Assembly: GCF_009914755.1 (NCBI RefSeq)
Contig: NC_060942.1
Length of the DNA: 64,000 nt
Origin: the human T2T-CHM13v2.0 reference genome, Homo sapiens
Direction: 5' to 3' (one strand)
Part shown: positions 23,901 to 38,900 of the stretch, one piece after another
How the letters are laid out: every line of letters starts with the position of its first letter
Numbering within the stretch: the stretch's first letter is position 1
The notes under the pieces: generated by a model
The model's database searches: none
Told to the model about the DNA's origin: nothing
The model's input: only the letters and a program-made list of their open reading frames with translations
Made by a program: the position numbers and the translations under genes

Positions 23901-26900
23901 AAACTAGACAGAAGCATTCTCAGAAACTTACTCGTGATGTGTGTCCTCAACTAAAGGAGTAGAACCTTTCTTTTCATAGAGAAGTTTTGAAACGCTCTTT
24001 TTGTGGAATCTGCAAGTGGATATTTGGCTAGTTTTGAGGATTTCGTTGGAAGCGGGAATTCATACAAATTGCAGACTGCAGCGTTCTGAGAAACATCTTT
24101 GTGATGTTTGTATTCAGGACACAGAGTTGAACATTCCCTAACATAGAGCAGGTTTGAATCACTCCTTTTGTAGTATCTGGAAGTGGACATTTGGAGTGCT
24201 TTCAGGCCTATGTTGGAAAAGGAAATATCTTCCCATAACAACTAGACAGAAGCATTCTCAGAAACTTATTTGAGATGTGTGTACTCAACTAAGAGAATTG
24301 AACCACCGTTTTGAAGGAGCAGTTTTGAAACACTCTTTTTCTGGAATCTGCAAGTGGATATTTGGCTAGCTTTGGGGATTTCGCTGGAAGCGGGAATACA
24401 TATAAAAAGCACACAGCAGCGTTCTGAGAAACTGCTTTCTGATGTTTGCATTCAAGTCAAAAGTTGAACACTCCCTTTCATAGAGCAGTCTTGAAACACC
24501 CCTTTTGTAGTATCTGGAACTGGACTTTTGGAGCGATTTCAGGGCTAAGGTGAAAAAGGAAATATCTTCCCATAAAAACTGGACAGAAGCATTCTCAGAA
24601 ACTTGGTTATGCTGTATCTACTCAACTAACAAAGTTGAACCTTTCTTTTGATAGAGCAGTTTTGAAATGGTCTTTTTGTGGAATCTGCAAGTGGATATTT
24701 GGCTAGTTTTGAGGATTTCGTTGGAAGCGGGAATTCATACAAATTGCAGACTGCAGCGTTCTGAGAAACATCTTTGTGATGTTTGTATTCAGGACACAGA
24801 GTTGAACATTCCCTATCATAGAGCAGGTTGGAATCACTCCTTTTGTAGTATCTGGAAGTGGACATTTGGAGCGCTTTCAGGCCTATTTTGGAAAGGGAAA
24901 TATCTTCCCGTAACAACTATGCAGAAGCATTCTCAGAAACTTGTTTGTGATGTGTGCCCTCTACTGACAGAGTTGAACCTTTCTTTTCATAGAGCAGTTT
25001 TGAAACACTCTTTTTGTAGAATCTGCAAGAGGATATTTGCATAGCTTTGAGGATTTCGTGGGAAACGGGATTGTCTTCAGGTAAAATCTAGACAGAAGCA
25101 TTCTCAGAAACTTCTTTGGGATGTTTGCATTCAAGTCACAGAGTAGAACATTCCCTTTGGTAGAGCAGGTTTGAAACACTCTTTTTGTAGTATCTGGAAG
25201 TGGACATTTGGAGCGCTTTCAGGCCCATGTTGGAAAGGGAAATATCTTCCCGTAACAACTAGGCAGAAGCATTCTCAGAAACTTATTTGAGATGTGTGTA
25301 CTCAACTAAGAGAATTGAACCACCGTTTTGAAGGAGCAGTTTTGAAACACTCTTTTTCTGGAATCTGCAAGAGTATATTTGCCTAGCCTTGAGGATTTCG
25401 TTGGAAACGGGATTGTCTTCAGAGAAAATCTAGACAGAAGCATTCTCAGAAACTTCTTTGGGATGTTTGCATTCAAGTCACAGAGTAGAACATTCCCTTT
25501 GGTAGAGCAGGTTTGAAACACTCTTTTTTTAGTATATGGAAGTGGACATTTGGAGCGCTTTCAGGCCTACGTTGGAAAAGGAAATATCTTCCCATAACAA
25601 CTAGACAGAAGCATTCTCAGAAACTAGTTTCTGATGTGTGTCCTCAACTAACACAGTTGAACATTTCTTTAGACAGAACAGTTTTGAAACACTCTTTTTG
25701 TGGAATCTGCAAGTGGCTATTTGGCTAGATTTGAGGATTTCGTTGGAAACGGGATTACATATAAAAAGCAGTCAGCAGCATTCTCAGAAAGTTCTTTGTG
25801 ATGATTGCATTCAAGTCACAGAATTGAACATTCCCTTTCACAGAGCAGGTTTGAAACACTCTTTTTGTAGTGTGTGTAAGTGGACATTTGGAGCACTTAC
25901 CGGCCTAAGGTGAAAAAGGAAATATCTTCCCATAAAAACTAGACAGAAGCATTCTCAGAAACTTACTCGTGATGTGTGTCCTCAACTAAAGGAGTAGAAC
26001 CTTTCTTTTCATAGAGAAGTTTTGAAACGCTCTTTTTGTGGAATCTGCAAGTGGATATTTGGCTAGTTTTGAGGATTTCGTTGGAAGCGGGAATTCATAC
26101 AAATTGCAGACTGCAGCGTTCTGAGAAACATCTTTGTGATGTTTGTATTCAGGACACAGAGTTGAACATTCCCTATCATAGAGCAGGTTGGAATCACTCC
26201 TTTTGTAGTATCTGGAAGTGGACATTTGGAGCGCTTTCAGGCCTATGTTGGAAAAGGAAATATCTTCCCATAACAACTAGACAGAAGCATTCTCAGAAAC
26301 TTATTTGAGATGTGTGTACTCAACTAAGAGAATTGAACCACCGTTTTGAAGGAGCAGTTTTGAAACTCTCTTTTTCTGGAATCTGCAAGTGGATATTTGG
26401 CTAGCTTTGGGGATTTCGCTGGAAGCGGGAATACATATAAAAAGCACACAGCAGCGTTCTGAGAAACTGCTTTCTGATGTTTGCATTCAAGTCAAAAGTT
26501 GAACACTCCCTTTCATAGAGCAGTCTTGAAACACCCCTTTTGTAGTATCTGGAACTGGACTTTTGGAGCGATTTCAGGGCTAAGGTGAAAAAGGAAATAT
26601 CTTCCCATAAAAACTGGACAGAAGCATTCTCAGAAACTTGTTTATGCTGTATCTACTCAACTAACAAAGTTGAACCTTTCTTTTGATAGAGCAGTTTTGA
26701 AATGGTCTTTTTGTGGAATCTGCAAGTGGATATTTGGCTAGTTTTGAGGATTTCGTTGGAAGCGGGAATTCATACAAATTGCAGACTGCAGCGTTCTGAG
26801 AAACATCTTTGTGATGTTTGTATTCAGGACACAGAGTTGAACATTCCCTATCATAGAGCAGGTTGGAATCACTCCTTTTGTAGTATCTGGAAGTGGACAT

Positions 26901-29900
26901 TTGGAGCGCTTTCAGGCCTATTTTGGAAAGGGAAATATCTTCCCGTAACAACTATGCAGAAGCATTCTCAGAAACTTGTTTGTGATGTGTGCCCTCTACT
27001 GACAGAGTTGAACCTTTCTTTTCATAGAGCAGTTTTGAAACACTCTTTTTGTAGAATCTGCAAGAGGATATTTGCATAGCTTTGAGGATTTCGTGGGAAA
27101 CGGGATTGTCTTCAGGTAAAATCTAGACAGAAGCATTCTCAGAAACTTCTTTGGGATGTTTGCATTCAAGTCACAGAGTAGAACATTCCCTTTGGTAGAG
27201 CAGGTTTGAAACACTCTTTTTGTAGTATCTGGAAGTGGACATTTGGAGCGCTTTCAGGCCCATGTTGGAAAGGGAAATATCTTCCCGTAACAACTAGGCA
27301 GAAGCATTCTCAGAAACTTATTTGAGATGTGTGTACTCAACTAAGAGAATTGAACCACCGTTTTGAAGGAGCAGTTTTGAAACACTCTTTTTCTGGAATC
27401 TGCAAGAGTATATTTGCCTAGCCTTGAGGATTTCGTTGGAAACGGGATTGTCTTCAGAGAAAATCTAGACAGAAGCATTCTCAGAAACTTCTTTGGGATG
27501 TTTGCATTCAAGTCACAGAGTAGAACATTCCCTTTGGTAGAGCAGGTTTGAAACACTCTTTTTTTAGTATCTGGAAGTGGACATTTGGAGCGCTTTCAGG
27601 CCTACGTTGGAAAAGGAAATATCTTCCCATAACAACTAGACAGAAGCATTCTCAGAAACTAGTTTCTGATGTGTGTCCTCAACTAACACAGTTGAACATT
27701 TCTTTAGACAGAACAGTTTTGAAACACTCTTTTTGTGGAATCTGCAAGTGGCTATTTGGCTAGATTTGAGGATTTCGTTGGAAACGGGATTACATATAAA
27801 AAGCAGTCAGCAGCATTCTCAGAAAGTTCTTTGTGATGATTGCATTCAAGTCACAGAATTGAACATTCCCTTTCACAGAGCAGGTTTGAAACACTCTTTT
27901 TGTAGTGTGTGTAAGTGGACATTTGGAGCACTTACCGGCCTAAGGTGAAAAAGGAAATATCTTCCCATAAAAACTAGACAGAAGCATTCTCAGAAACTTA
28001 CTCGTGATGTGTGTCCTCAACTAAAGGAGTAGAACCTTTCTTTTCATAGAGAAGTTTTGAAACGCTCTTTTTGTGGAATCTGCAAGTGGATATTTGGCTA
28101 GTTTTGAGGATTTCGTTGGAAGCGGGAATTCATACAAATTGCAGACTGCAGCGTTCTGAGAAACATCTTTGTGATGTTTGTATTCAGGACACAGAGTTGA
28201 ACATTCCCTATCATAGAGCAGGTTGGAATCACTCCTTTTGTAGTATCTGGAAGTGGACATTTGGAGCGCTTTCAGGCCTATGTTGGAAAAGGAAATATCT
28301 TCCCATAACAACTAGACAGAAGCATTCTCAGAAACTTATTTGAGATGTGTGTACTCAACTAAGAGAATTGAACCACCGTTTTGAAGGAGCAGTTTTGAAA
28401 CACTCTTTTTCTGGAATCTGCAAGTGGATATTTGGCTAGCTTTGGGGATTTCGCTGGAAGCGGGAATACATATAAAAAGCACACAGCAGCGTTCTGAGAA
28501 ACTGCTTTCTGATGTTTGCATTCAAGTCAAAAGTTGAACACTCCCTTTCATAGAGCAGTCTTGAAACACCCCTTTTGTAGTATCTGGAACTGGACTTTTG
28601 GAGCGATTTCAGGGCTAAGGTGAAAAAGGAAATATCTTCCCATAAAAACTGGACAGAAGCATTCTCAGAAACTTGGTTATGCTGTATCTACTCAACTAAC
28701 AAAGTTGAACCTTTCTTTTGATAGAGCAGTTTTGAAATGGTCTTTTTGTGGAATCTGCAAGTGGATATTTGGCTAGTTTTGAGGATTTCGTTGGAAGCGG
28801 GAATTCATACAAATTGCAGACTGCAGCGTTCTGAGAAACATCTTTGTGATGTTTGTATTCAGGACACAGAGTTGAACATTCCCTATCATAGAGCAGGTTG
28901 GAATCACTCCTTTTGTAGTATCTGGAAGTGGACATTTGGAGCGCTTTCAGGCCTATTTTGGAAAGGGAAATATCTTCCCGTAACAACTATGCAGAAGCAT
29001 TCTCAGAAACTTGTTTGTGATGTGTGCCCTCTACTGACAGAGTTGAACCTTTCTTTTCATAGAGCAGTTTTGAAACACTCTTTTTGTAGAATCTGCAAGA
29101 GGATATTTGCATAGCTTTGAGGATTTCGTGGGAAACGGGATTGTCTTCAGGTAAAATCTAGACAGAAGCATTCTCAGAAACTTCTTTGGGATGTTTGCAT
29201 TCAAGTCACAGAGTAGAACATTCCCTTTGGTAGAGCAGGTTTGAAACACTCTTTTTGTAGTATCTGGAAGTGGACATTTGGAGCGCTTTCAGGCCCATGT
29301 TGGAAAGGGAAATATCTTCCCGTAACAACTAGGCAGAAGCATTCTCAGAAACTTATTTGAGATGTGTGTACTCAACTAAGAGAATTGAACCACCGTTTTG
29401 AAGGAGCAGTTTTGAAACACTCTTTTTCTGGAATCTGCAAGAGTATATTTGCCTAGCCTTGAGGATTTCGTTGGAAACGGGATTGTCTTCAGAGAAAATC
29501 TAGACAGAAGCATTCTCAGAAACTTCTTTGGGATGTTTGCATTCAAGTCACAGAGTAGAACATTCCCTTTGGTAGAGCAGGTTTGAAACACTCTTTTTGT
29601 AGTATCTGGAAGTGGACATTTGGAGCGCTTTCAGGCCTACGTTGGAAAAGGAAATATCTTCCCATAACAACTAGACAGAAGCATTCTCAGAAACTAGTTT
29701 CTGATGTGTGTCCTCAACTAACACAGTTGAACATTTCTTTAGACAGAACAGTTTTGAAACACTCTTTTTGTGGAATCTGCAAGTGGCTATTTGGCTAGAT
29801 TTGAGGATTTCGTTGGAAACGGGATTACATATAAAAAGCAGTCAGCAGCATTCTCAGAAAGTTCTTTGTGATGATTGCATTCAAGTCACAGAATTGAACA

Positions 29901-30183
29901 TTCCCTTTCACAGAGCAGGTTTGAAACACTCTTTTTGTAGTGTGTGTAAGTGGACATTTGGAGCACTTACCGGCCTAAGGTGAAAAAGGAAATATCTTCC
30001 CATAAAAACTAGACAGAAGCATTCTCAGAAACTTACTCGTGATGTGTGTCCTCAACTAAAGGAGTAGAACCTTTCTTTTCATAGAGAAGTTTTGAAACGC
30101 TCTTTTTGTGGAATCTGCAAGTGGATATTTGGCTAGTTTTGAGGATTTCGTTGGAAGCGGGAATTCATACAAATTGCAGACTG
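17974..30183 (+). repeat. Run of 6 canonical 12-mer HORs
   Basis: Starts at 17974, 20009, 22044, 24079, 26114, 28149. Confidence 0.95.
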
Positions 30184-31201
30184 CAGCGTTCTGAGAAACA
30201 TCTTTGTGATGTTTGTATTCAGGACACAGAGTTGAACATTCCCTATCATAGAGCAGGTTGGAATCACTCCTTTTGTAGTATCTGGAAGTGGACATTTGGA
30301 GCGCTTTCAGGCCTATGTTGGAAAAGGAAATATCTTCCCATAACAACTAGACAGAAGCATTCTCAGAAACTTATTTGAGATGTGTGTACTCAACTAAGAG
30401 AATTGAACCACCGTTTTGAAGGAGCAGTTTTGAAACACTCTTTTTCTGGAATCTGCAAGAGTATATTTGCCTAGCCTTGAGGATTTCGTTGGAAACGGGA
30501 TTGTCTTCAGAGAAAATCTAGACAGAAGCATTCTCAGAAACTTCTTTGGGATGTTTGCATTCAAGTCACAGAGTAGAACATTCCCTTTGGTAGAGCAGGT
30601 TTGAAACACTCTTTTTGTAGTATCTGGAAGTGGACATTTGGAGCGCTTTCAGGCCTACGTTGGAAAAGGAAATATCTTCCCATAACAACTAGACAGAAGC
30701 ATTCTCAGAAACTAGTTTCTGATGTGTGTCCTCAACTAACACAGTTGAACATTTCTTTAGACAGAACAGTTTTGAAACACTCTTTTTGTGGAATCTGCAA
30801 GTGGCTATTTGGCTAGATTTGAGGATTTCGTTGGAAACGGGATTACATATAAAAAGCAGTCAGCAGCATTCTCAGAAAGTTCTTTGTGATGATTGCATTC
30901 AAGTCACAGAATTGAACATTCCCTTTCACAGAGCAGGTTTGAAACACTCTTTTTGTAGTGTGTGTAAGTGGACATTTGGAGCACTTACCGGCCTAAGGTG
31001 AAAAAGGAAATATCTTCCCATAAAAACTAGACAGAAGCATTCTCAGAAACTTACTCGTGATGTGTGTCCTCAACTAAAGGAGTAGAACCTTTCTTTTCAT
31101 AGAGAAGTTTTGAAACGCTCTTTTTGTGGAATCTGCAAGTGGATATTTGGCTAGTTTTGAGGATTTCGTTGGAAGCGGGAATTCATACAAATTGCAGACT
31201 G
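30184..31201 (+). repeat. Second 6-mer HOR variant (1018 bp)
   Basis: Same m2/m8 hybrid junction (CAAGAGTATATTTGCC at ~30456). ORF spacing 29376 to 30394 is 1018. Confidence 0.93.
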
Positions 31202-34200
31202 CAGCGTTCTGAGAAACATCTTTGTGATGTTTGTATTCAGGACACAGAGTTGAACATTCCCTATCATAGAGCAGGTTTGAATCACTCCTTTTGTAGTATC
31301 TGGAAGTGGACATTTGGAGCGCTTTCAGGCCTATGTTGGAAAAGGAAATATCTTCCCATAACAACTAGACAGAAGCATTCTCAGAAACTTATTTGAGATG
31401 TGTGTACTCAACTAAGAGAATTGAACCACCGTTTTGAAGGAGCAGTTTTGAAACACTCTTTTTCTGGAATCTGCAAGTGGATATTTGGCTAGCTTTGGGG
31501 ATTTCGCTGGAAGCGGGAATACATATAAAAAGCACACAGCAGCGTTCTGAGAAACTGCTTTCTGATGTTTGCATTCAAGTCAAAAGTTGAACACTCCCTT
31601 TCATAGAGCAGTCTTGAAACACCCCTTTTGTAGTATCTGGAACTGGACTTTTGGAGCGATTTCAGGGCTAAGGTGAAAAAGGAAATATCTTCCCATAAAA
31701 ACTGGACAGAAGCATTCTCAGAAACTTGGTTATGCTGTATCTACTCAACTAACAAAGTTGAACCTTTCTTTTGATAGAGCAGTTTTGAAATGGTCTTTTT
31801 GTGGAATCTGCAAGTGGATATTTGGCTAGTTTTGAGGATTTCGTTGGAAGCGGGAATTCATACAAATTGCAGACTGCAGCGTTCTGAGAAACATCTTTGT
31901 GATGTTTGTATTCAGGACACAGAGTTGAACATTCCCTATCATAGAGCAGGTTGGAATCACTCCTTTTGTAGTATCTGGAAGTGGACATTTGGAGCGCTTT
32001 CAGGCCTATTTTGGAAAGGGAAATATCTTCCCGTAACAACTATGCAGAAGCATTCTCAGAAACTTGTTTGTGATGTGTGCCCTCTACTGACAGAGTTGAA
32101 CCTTTCTTTTCATAGAGCAGTTTTGAAACACTCTTTTTGTAGAATCTGCAAGAGGATATTTGCATAGCTTTGAGGATTTCGTGGGAAACGGGATTGTCTT
32201 CAGGTAAAATCTAGACAGAAGCATTCTCAGAAACTTCTTTGGGATGTTTGCATTCAAGTCACAGAGTAGAACATTCCCTTTGGTAGAGCAGGTTTGAAAC
32301 ACTCTTTTTGTAGTATCTGGAAGTGGACATTTGGAGCGCTTTCAGGCCCATGTTGGAAAGGGAAATATCTTCCCGTAACAACTAGGCAGAAGCATTCTCA
32401 GAAACTTATTTGAGATGTGTGTACTCAACTAAGAGAATTGAACCACCGTTTTGAAGGAGCAGTTTTGAAACACTCTTTTTCTGGAATCTGCAAGAGTATA
32501 TTTGCCTAGCCTTGAGGATTTCGTTGGAAACGGGATTGTCTTCAGAGAAAATCTAGACAGAAGCATTCTCAGAAACTTCTTTGGGATGTTTGCATTCAAG
32601 TCACAGAGTAGAACATTCCCTTTGGTAGAGCAGGTTTGAAACACTCTTTTTGTAGTATCTGGAAGTGGACATTTGGATCGCTTTCAGGCCTACGTTGGAA
32701 AAGGAAATATCTTCCCATAACAACTAGACAGAAGCATTCTCAGAAACTAGTTTCTGATGTGTGTCCTCAACTAACACAGTTGAACATTTCTTTAGACAGA
32801 ACAGTTTTGAAACACTCTTTTTGTGGAATCTGCAAGTGGCTATTTGGCTAGATTTGAGGATTTCGTTGGAAACGGGATTACATATAAAAAGCAGTCAGCA
32901 GCATTCTCAGAAAGTTCTTTGTGATGATTGCATTCAAGTCACAGAATTGAACATTCCCTTTCACAGAGCAGGTTTGAAACACTCTTTTTGTAGTGTGTGT
33001 AAGTGGACATTTGGAGCACTTACCGGCCTAAGGTGAAAAAGGAAATATCTTCCCATAAAAACTAGACAGAAGCATTCTCAGAAACTTACTCGTGATGTGT
33101 GTCCTCAACTAAAGGAGTAGAACCTTTCTTTTCATAGAGAAGTTTTGAAACGCTCTTTTTGTGGAATCTGCAAGTGGATATTTGGCTAGTTTTGAGGATT
33201 TCGTTGGAAGCGGGAATTCATACAAATTGCAGACTGCAGCGTTCTGAGAAACATCTTTGTGATGTTTGTATTCAGGACACAGAGTTGAACATTCCCTATC
33301 ATAGAGCAGGTTTGAATCACTCCTTTTGTAGTATCTGGAAGTGGACATTTGGAGCGCTTTCAGGCCTATGTTGGAAAAGGAAATATCTTCCCATAACAAC
33401 TAGACAGAAGCATTCTCAGAAACTTATTTGAGATGTGTGTACTCAACTAAGAGAATTGAACCACCGTTTTGAAGGAGCAGTTTTGAAACACTCTTTTTCT
33501 GGAATCTGCAAGTGGATATTTGGCTAGCTTTGGGGATTTCGCTGGAAGCGGGAATACATATAAAAAGCACACAGCAGCGTTCTGAGAAACTGCTTTCTGA
33601 TGTTTGCATTCAAGTCAAAAGTTGAACACTCCCTTTCATAGAGCAGTCTTGAAACACCCCTTTTGTAGTATCTGGAACTGGACTTTTGGAGCGATTTCAG
33701 GGCTAAGGTGAAAAAGGAAATATCTTCCCATAAAAACTGGACAGAAGCATTCTCAGAAACTTGGTTATGCTGTATCTACTCAACTAACAAAGTTGAACCT
33801 TTCTTTTGATAGAGCAGTTTTGAAATGGTCTTTTTGTGGAATCTGCAAGTGGATATTTGGCTAGTTTTGAGGATTTCGTTGGAAGCGGGAATTCATACAA
33901 ATTGCAGACTGCAGCGTTCTGAGAAACATCTTTGTGATGTTTGTATTCAGGACACAGAGTTGAACATTCCCTATCATAGAGCAGGTTGGAATCACTCCTT
34001 TTGTAGTATCTGGAAGTGGACATTTGGAGCGCTTTCAGGCCTATTTTGGAAAGGGAAATATCTTCCCGTAACAACTATGCAGAAGCATTCTCAGAAACTT
34101 GTTTGTGATGTGTGCCCTCTACTGACAGAGTTGAACCTTTCTTTTCATAGAGCAGTTTTGAAACACTCTTTTTGTAGAATCTGCAAGAGGATATTTGCAT

Positions 34201-35271
34201 AGCTTTGAGGATTTCGTGGGAAACGGGATTGTCTTCAGGTAAAATCTAGACAGAAGCATTCTCAGAAACTTCTTTGGGATGTTTGCATTCAAGTCACAGA
34301 GTAGAACATTCCCTTTGGTAGAGCAGGTTTGAAACACTCTTTTTGTAGTATCTGGAAGTGGACATTTGGAGCGCTTTCAGGCCCATGTTGGAAAGGGAAA
34401 TATCTTCCCGTAACAACTAGGCAGAAGCATTCTCAGAAACTTATTTGAGATGTGTGTACTCAACTAAGAGAATTGAACCACCGTTTTGAAGGAGCAGTTT
34501 TGAAACACTCTTTTTCTGGAATCTGCAAGAGTATATTTGCCTAGCCATGAGGATTTCGTTGGAAACGGGATTGTCTTCAGAGAAAATCTAGACAGAAGCA
34601 TTCTCAGAAACTTCTTTGGGATGTTTGCATTCAAGTCACAGAGTAGAACATTCCCTTTGGTAGAGCAGGTTTGAAACACTCTTTTTTTAGTATATGGAAG
34701 TGGACATTTTGATCGCTTTCAGGCCTACGTTGGAAAAGGAAATATCTTCCCATAACAACTAGACAGAAGCATTCTCAGAAACTAGTTTCTGATGTGTGTC
34801 CTCAACTAACACAGTTGAACATTTCTTTAGACAGAACAGTTTTGAAACACTCTTTTTGTGGAATCTGCAAGTGGCTATTTGGCTGGATTTGAGGATTTCG
34901 TTGGAAACGGGATTACATATAAAAAGCAGTCAGCAGCATTCTCAGAAAGTTCTTTGTGATGATTGCATTCAAGTCACAGAATTGAACATTCCCTTTCACA
35001 GAGCAGGTTTGAAACACTCTTTTTGTAGTGTGTGTAAGTGGACATTTGGAGCACTTACCGGCCTAAGGTGGAAAAGGAAATATCTTCCCATAAAAACTAG
35101 ACAGAAGCATTCTCAGAAACTTACTCGTGATGTGTGTCCTCAACTAAAGGAGTAGAACCTTTCTTTTCATAGAGAAGTTTTGAAACGCTCTTTTTGTGGA
35201 ATCTGCAAGTGGATATTTGGCTAGTTTTGAGGATTTCGTTGGAAGCGGGAATTCATACAAATTGCAGACTG
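31202..35271 (+). repeat. Two canonical 12-mer HORs
   Basis: Starts at 31202 and 33237. Confidence 0.93.
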
Positions 35272-35946
35272 CAGCGTTCTGAGAAACATCTTTGTGATGT
35301 TTGTATTCAGGACACAGAGTTGAACATTCCCTATCATAGAGCAGGTTGGAATCACTCCTTTTGTAGTATCTGGAAGTGGACATTTGGAGCGCTTTCAGGC
35401 CTATGTTGGAAAAGGAAATATCTTCCCATAACAACTAGACAGAAGCATTCTCAGAAACTTATTTGAGATGTGTGTACTCAACTAAGAGAATTGAACCACC
35501 GTTTTGAAGGAGCAGTTTTGAAACACTCTTTTTCTGGAATCTGCAAGTGGATATTTGGCTAGCTTTGGGGATTTCGCTGGAAGCGGGAATACATATAAAA
35601 AGCACACAGCAGCGTTCTGAGAAACTGCTTTCTGATGTTTGCATTCAAGTCAAAAGTTGAACACTCCCTTTCATAGAGCAGTCTTGAAACACCCCTTTTG
35701 TAGTATCTGGAACTGGACTTTTGGAGCGCTTTCAGGGCTAAGGTGAAAAAGGAAATATCTTCCCATAAAAACTGGACAGAAGCATTCTCAGAAACTTGGT
35801 TATGCTGTATCTACTCAACTAACAAAGTTGAACCTTTCTTTTGATAGAGCAGTTTTGAAATGGTCTTTTTGTGGAATCTGCAAGTGGATATTTGGCTAGT
35901 TTTGAGGATTTCGTTGGAAGCGGGAATTCATACAAATTGCAGACTG
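35272..35946 (+). repeat. Second 4-mer HOR variant (675 bp)
   Basis: ORF spacing 35459 to 36134 is 675; same m4-to-m1 junction. Confidence 0.93.
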
Positions 35947-38900
35947 CAGCGTTCTGAGAAACATCTTTGTGATGTTTGTATTCAGGACACAGAGTTGAAC
36001 ATTCCCTATCATAGAGCAGGTTGGAATCACTCCTTTTGTAGTATCTGGAAGTGGACATTTGGAGCGCTTTCAGGCCTATGTTGGAAAAGGAAATATCTTC
36101 CCATAACAACTAGACAGAAGCATTCTCAGAAACTTATTTGAGATGTGTGTACTCAACTAAGAGAATTGAACCACCGTTTTGAAGGAGCAGTTTTGAAACT
36201 CTCTTTTTCTGGAATCTGCAAGTGGATATTTGGCTAGCTTTGGGGATTTCGCTGGAAGCGGGAATACATATAAAAAGCACACAGCAGCGTTCTGAGAAAC
36301 TGCTTTCTGATGTTTGCATTCAAGTCAAAAGTTGAACACTCCCTTTCATAGAGCAGTCTTGAAACACCCGTTTTGTAGTATCTGGAACTGGACTTTTGGA
36401 GCGATTTCAGGGCTAAGGTGAAAAAGGAAATATCTTCCCATAAAAACTGGACAGAAGCATTCTCAGAAACTTGTTTATGCTGTAACTACTCAACTAACAA
36501 AGTTGAACCTTTCTTTTGATAGAGCAGTTTTGAAATGGTCTTTTTGTGGAATCTGCAAGTGGATATTTGGCTAGTTTTGAGGATTTCGTTGGAAGCGGGA
36601 ATTCATACAAATTGCAGACTGCAGCGTTCTGAGAAACATCTTTGTGATGTTTGTATTCAGGACACAGAGTTGAACATTCCCTATCATAGAGCAGGTTGGA
36701 ATCACTCCTTTTGTAGTATCTGGAAGTGGACATTTGGAGCGCTTTCAGGCCTATTTTGGAAAGGGAAATATCTTCCCGTAACAACTATGCAGAAGCATTC
36801 TCAGAAACTTGTTTGTGATGTGTGCCCTCTACTGACAGAGTTGAACCTTTCTTTTCATAGAGCAGTTTTGAAACACTCTTTTTGTAGAATCTGCAAGAGG
36901 ATATTTGCATAGCTTTGAGGATTTCGTGGGAAACGGGATTGTCTTCAGGTAAAATCTAGACAGAAGCATTCTCAGAAACTTCTTTGGGATGTTTGCATTC
37001 AAGTCACAGAGTAGAACATTCCCTTTGGTAGAGCAGGTTTGAAACACTCTTTTTGTAGTATCTGGAAGTGGACATTTGGAGCGCTTTCAGGCCCATGTTG
37101 GAAAGGGAAATATCTTCCCGTAACAACTAGGCAGAAGCATTCTCAGAAACTTATTTGAGATGTGTGTACTCAACTAAGAGAATTGAACCACCGTTTTGAA
37201 GGAGCAGTTTTGAAACACTCTTTTTCTGGAATCTGCAAGAGTATATTTGCCTAGCCTTGAGGATTTCGTTGGAAACGGGATTGTCTTCAGAGAAAATCTA
37301 GACAGAAGCATTCTCAGAAACTTCTTTGGGATGTTTGCATTCAAGTCACAGAGTAGAACATTCCCTTTGGTAGAGCAGGTTTGAAACACTCTTTTTTTAG
37401 TATATGGAAGTGGACATTTTGATCGCTTTCAGGCCTACGTTGGAAAAGGAAATATCTTCCCATAACAACTAGACAGAAGCATTCTCAGAAACTAGTTTCT
37501 GATGTGTGTCCTCAACTAACACAGTTGAACATTTCTTTAGACAGAACAGTTTTGAAACACTCTTTTTGTGGAATCTGCAAGTGGCTATTTGGCTAGATTT
37601 GAGGATTTCGTTGGAAACGGGATTACATATAAAAAGCAGTCAGCAGCATTCTCAGAAAGTTCTTTGTGATGATTGCATTCAAGTCACAGAATTGAACATT
37701 CCCTTTCACAGAGCAGGTTTGAAACACTCTTTTTGTAGTGTGTGTAAGTGGACATTTGGAGCACTTACCGGCCTAAGGTGAAAAAGGAAATATCTTCCCA
37801 TAAAAACTAGACAGAAGCATTCTCAGAAACTTACTCGTGATGTGTGTCCTCAACTAAAGGAGTAGAACCTTTCTTTTCATAGAGAAGTTTTGAAACGCTC
37901 TTTTTGTGGAATCTGCAAGTGGATATTTGGCTAGTTTTGAGGATTTCGTTGGAAGCGGGAATTCATACAAATTGCAGACTGCAGCGTTCTGAGAAACATC
38001 TTTGTGATGTTTGTATTCAGGACACAGAGTTGAACATTCCCTATCATAGAGCAGGTTGGAATCACTCCTTTTGTAGTATCTGGAAGTGGACATTTGGAGC
38101 GCTTTCAGGCCTATGTTGGAAAAGGAAATATCTTCCCATAACAACTAGACAGAAGCATTCTCAGAAACTTATTTGAGATGTGTGTACTCAACTAAGAGAA
38201 TTGAACCACCGTTTTGAAGGAGCAGTTTTGAAACTCTCTTTTTCTGGAATCTGCAAGTGGATATTTGGCTAGCTTTGGGGATTTCGCTGGAAGCGGGAAT
38301 ACATATAAAAAGCACACAGCAGCGTTCTGAGAAACTGCTTTCTGATGTTTGCATTCAAGTCAAAAGTTGAACACTCCCTTTCATAGAGCAGTCTTGAAAC
38401 ACCCCTTTTGTAGTATCTGGAACTGGACTTTTGGAGCGATTTCAGGGCTAAGGTGAAAAAGGAAATATCTTCCCATAAAAACTGGACAGAAGCATTCTCA
38501 GAAACTTGTTTATGCTGTATCTACTCAACTAACAAAGTTGAACCTTTCTTTTGATAGAGCAGTTTTGAAATGGTCTTTTTGTGGAATCTGCAAGTGGATA
38601 TTTGGCTAGTTTTGAGGATTTCGTTGGAAGCGGGAATTCATACAAATTGCAGACTGCAGCGTTCTGAGAAACATCTTTGTGATGTTTGTATTCAGGACAC
38701 AGAGTTGAACATTCCCTATCATAGAGCAGGTTGGAATCACTCCTTTTGTAGTATCTGGAAGTGGACATTTGGAGCGCTTTCAGGCCTATTTTGGAAAGGG
38801 AAATATCTTCCCGTAACAACTATGCAGAAGCATTCTCAGAAACTTGTTTGTGATGTGTGCCCTCTACTGACAGAGTTGAACCTTTCTTTTCATAGAGCAG

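Noticed and set aside
34796-35155. Extended 119-aa ORF (and the 73-aa ORF at 16698-16919) differing from sibling ORFs
   Set aside because: Caused by single SNVs removing stop codons (35071; 16912). Useful as markers but not evidence of coding function.
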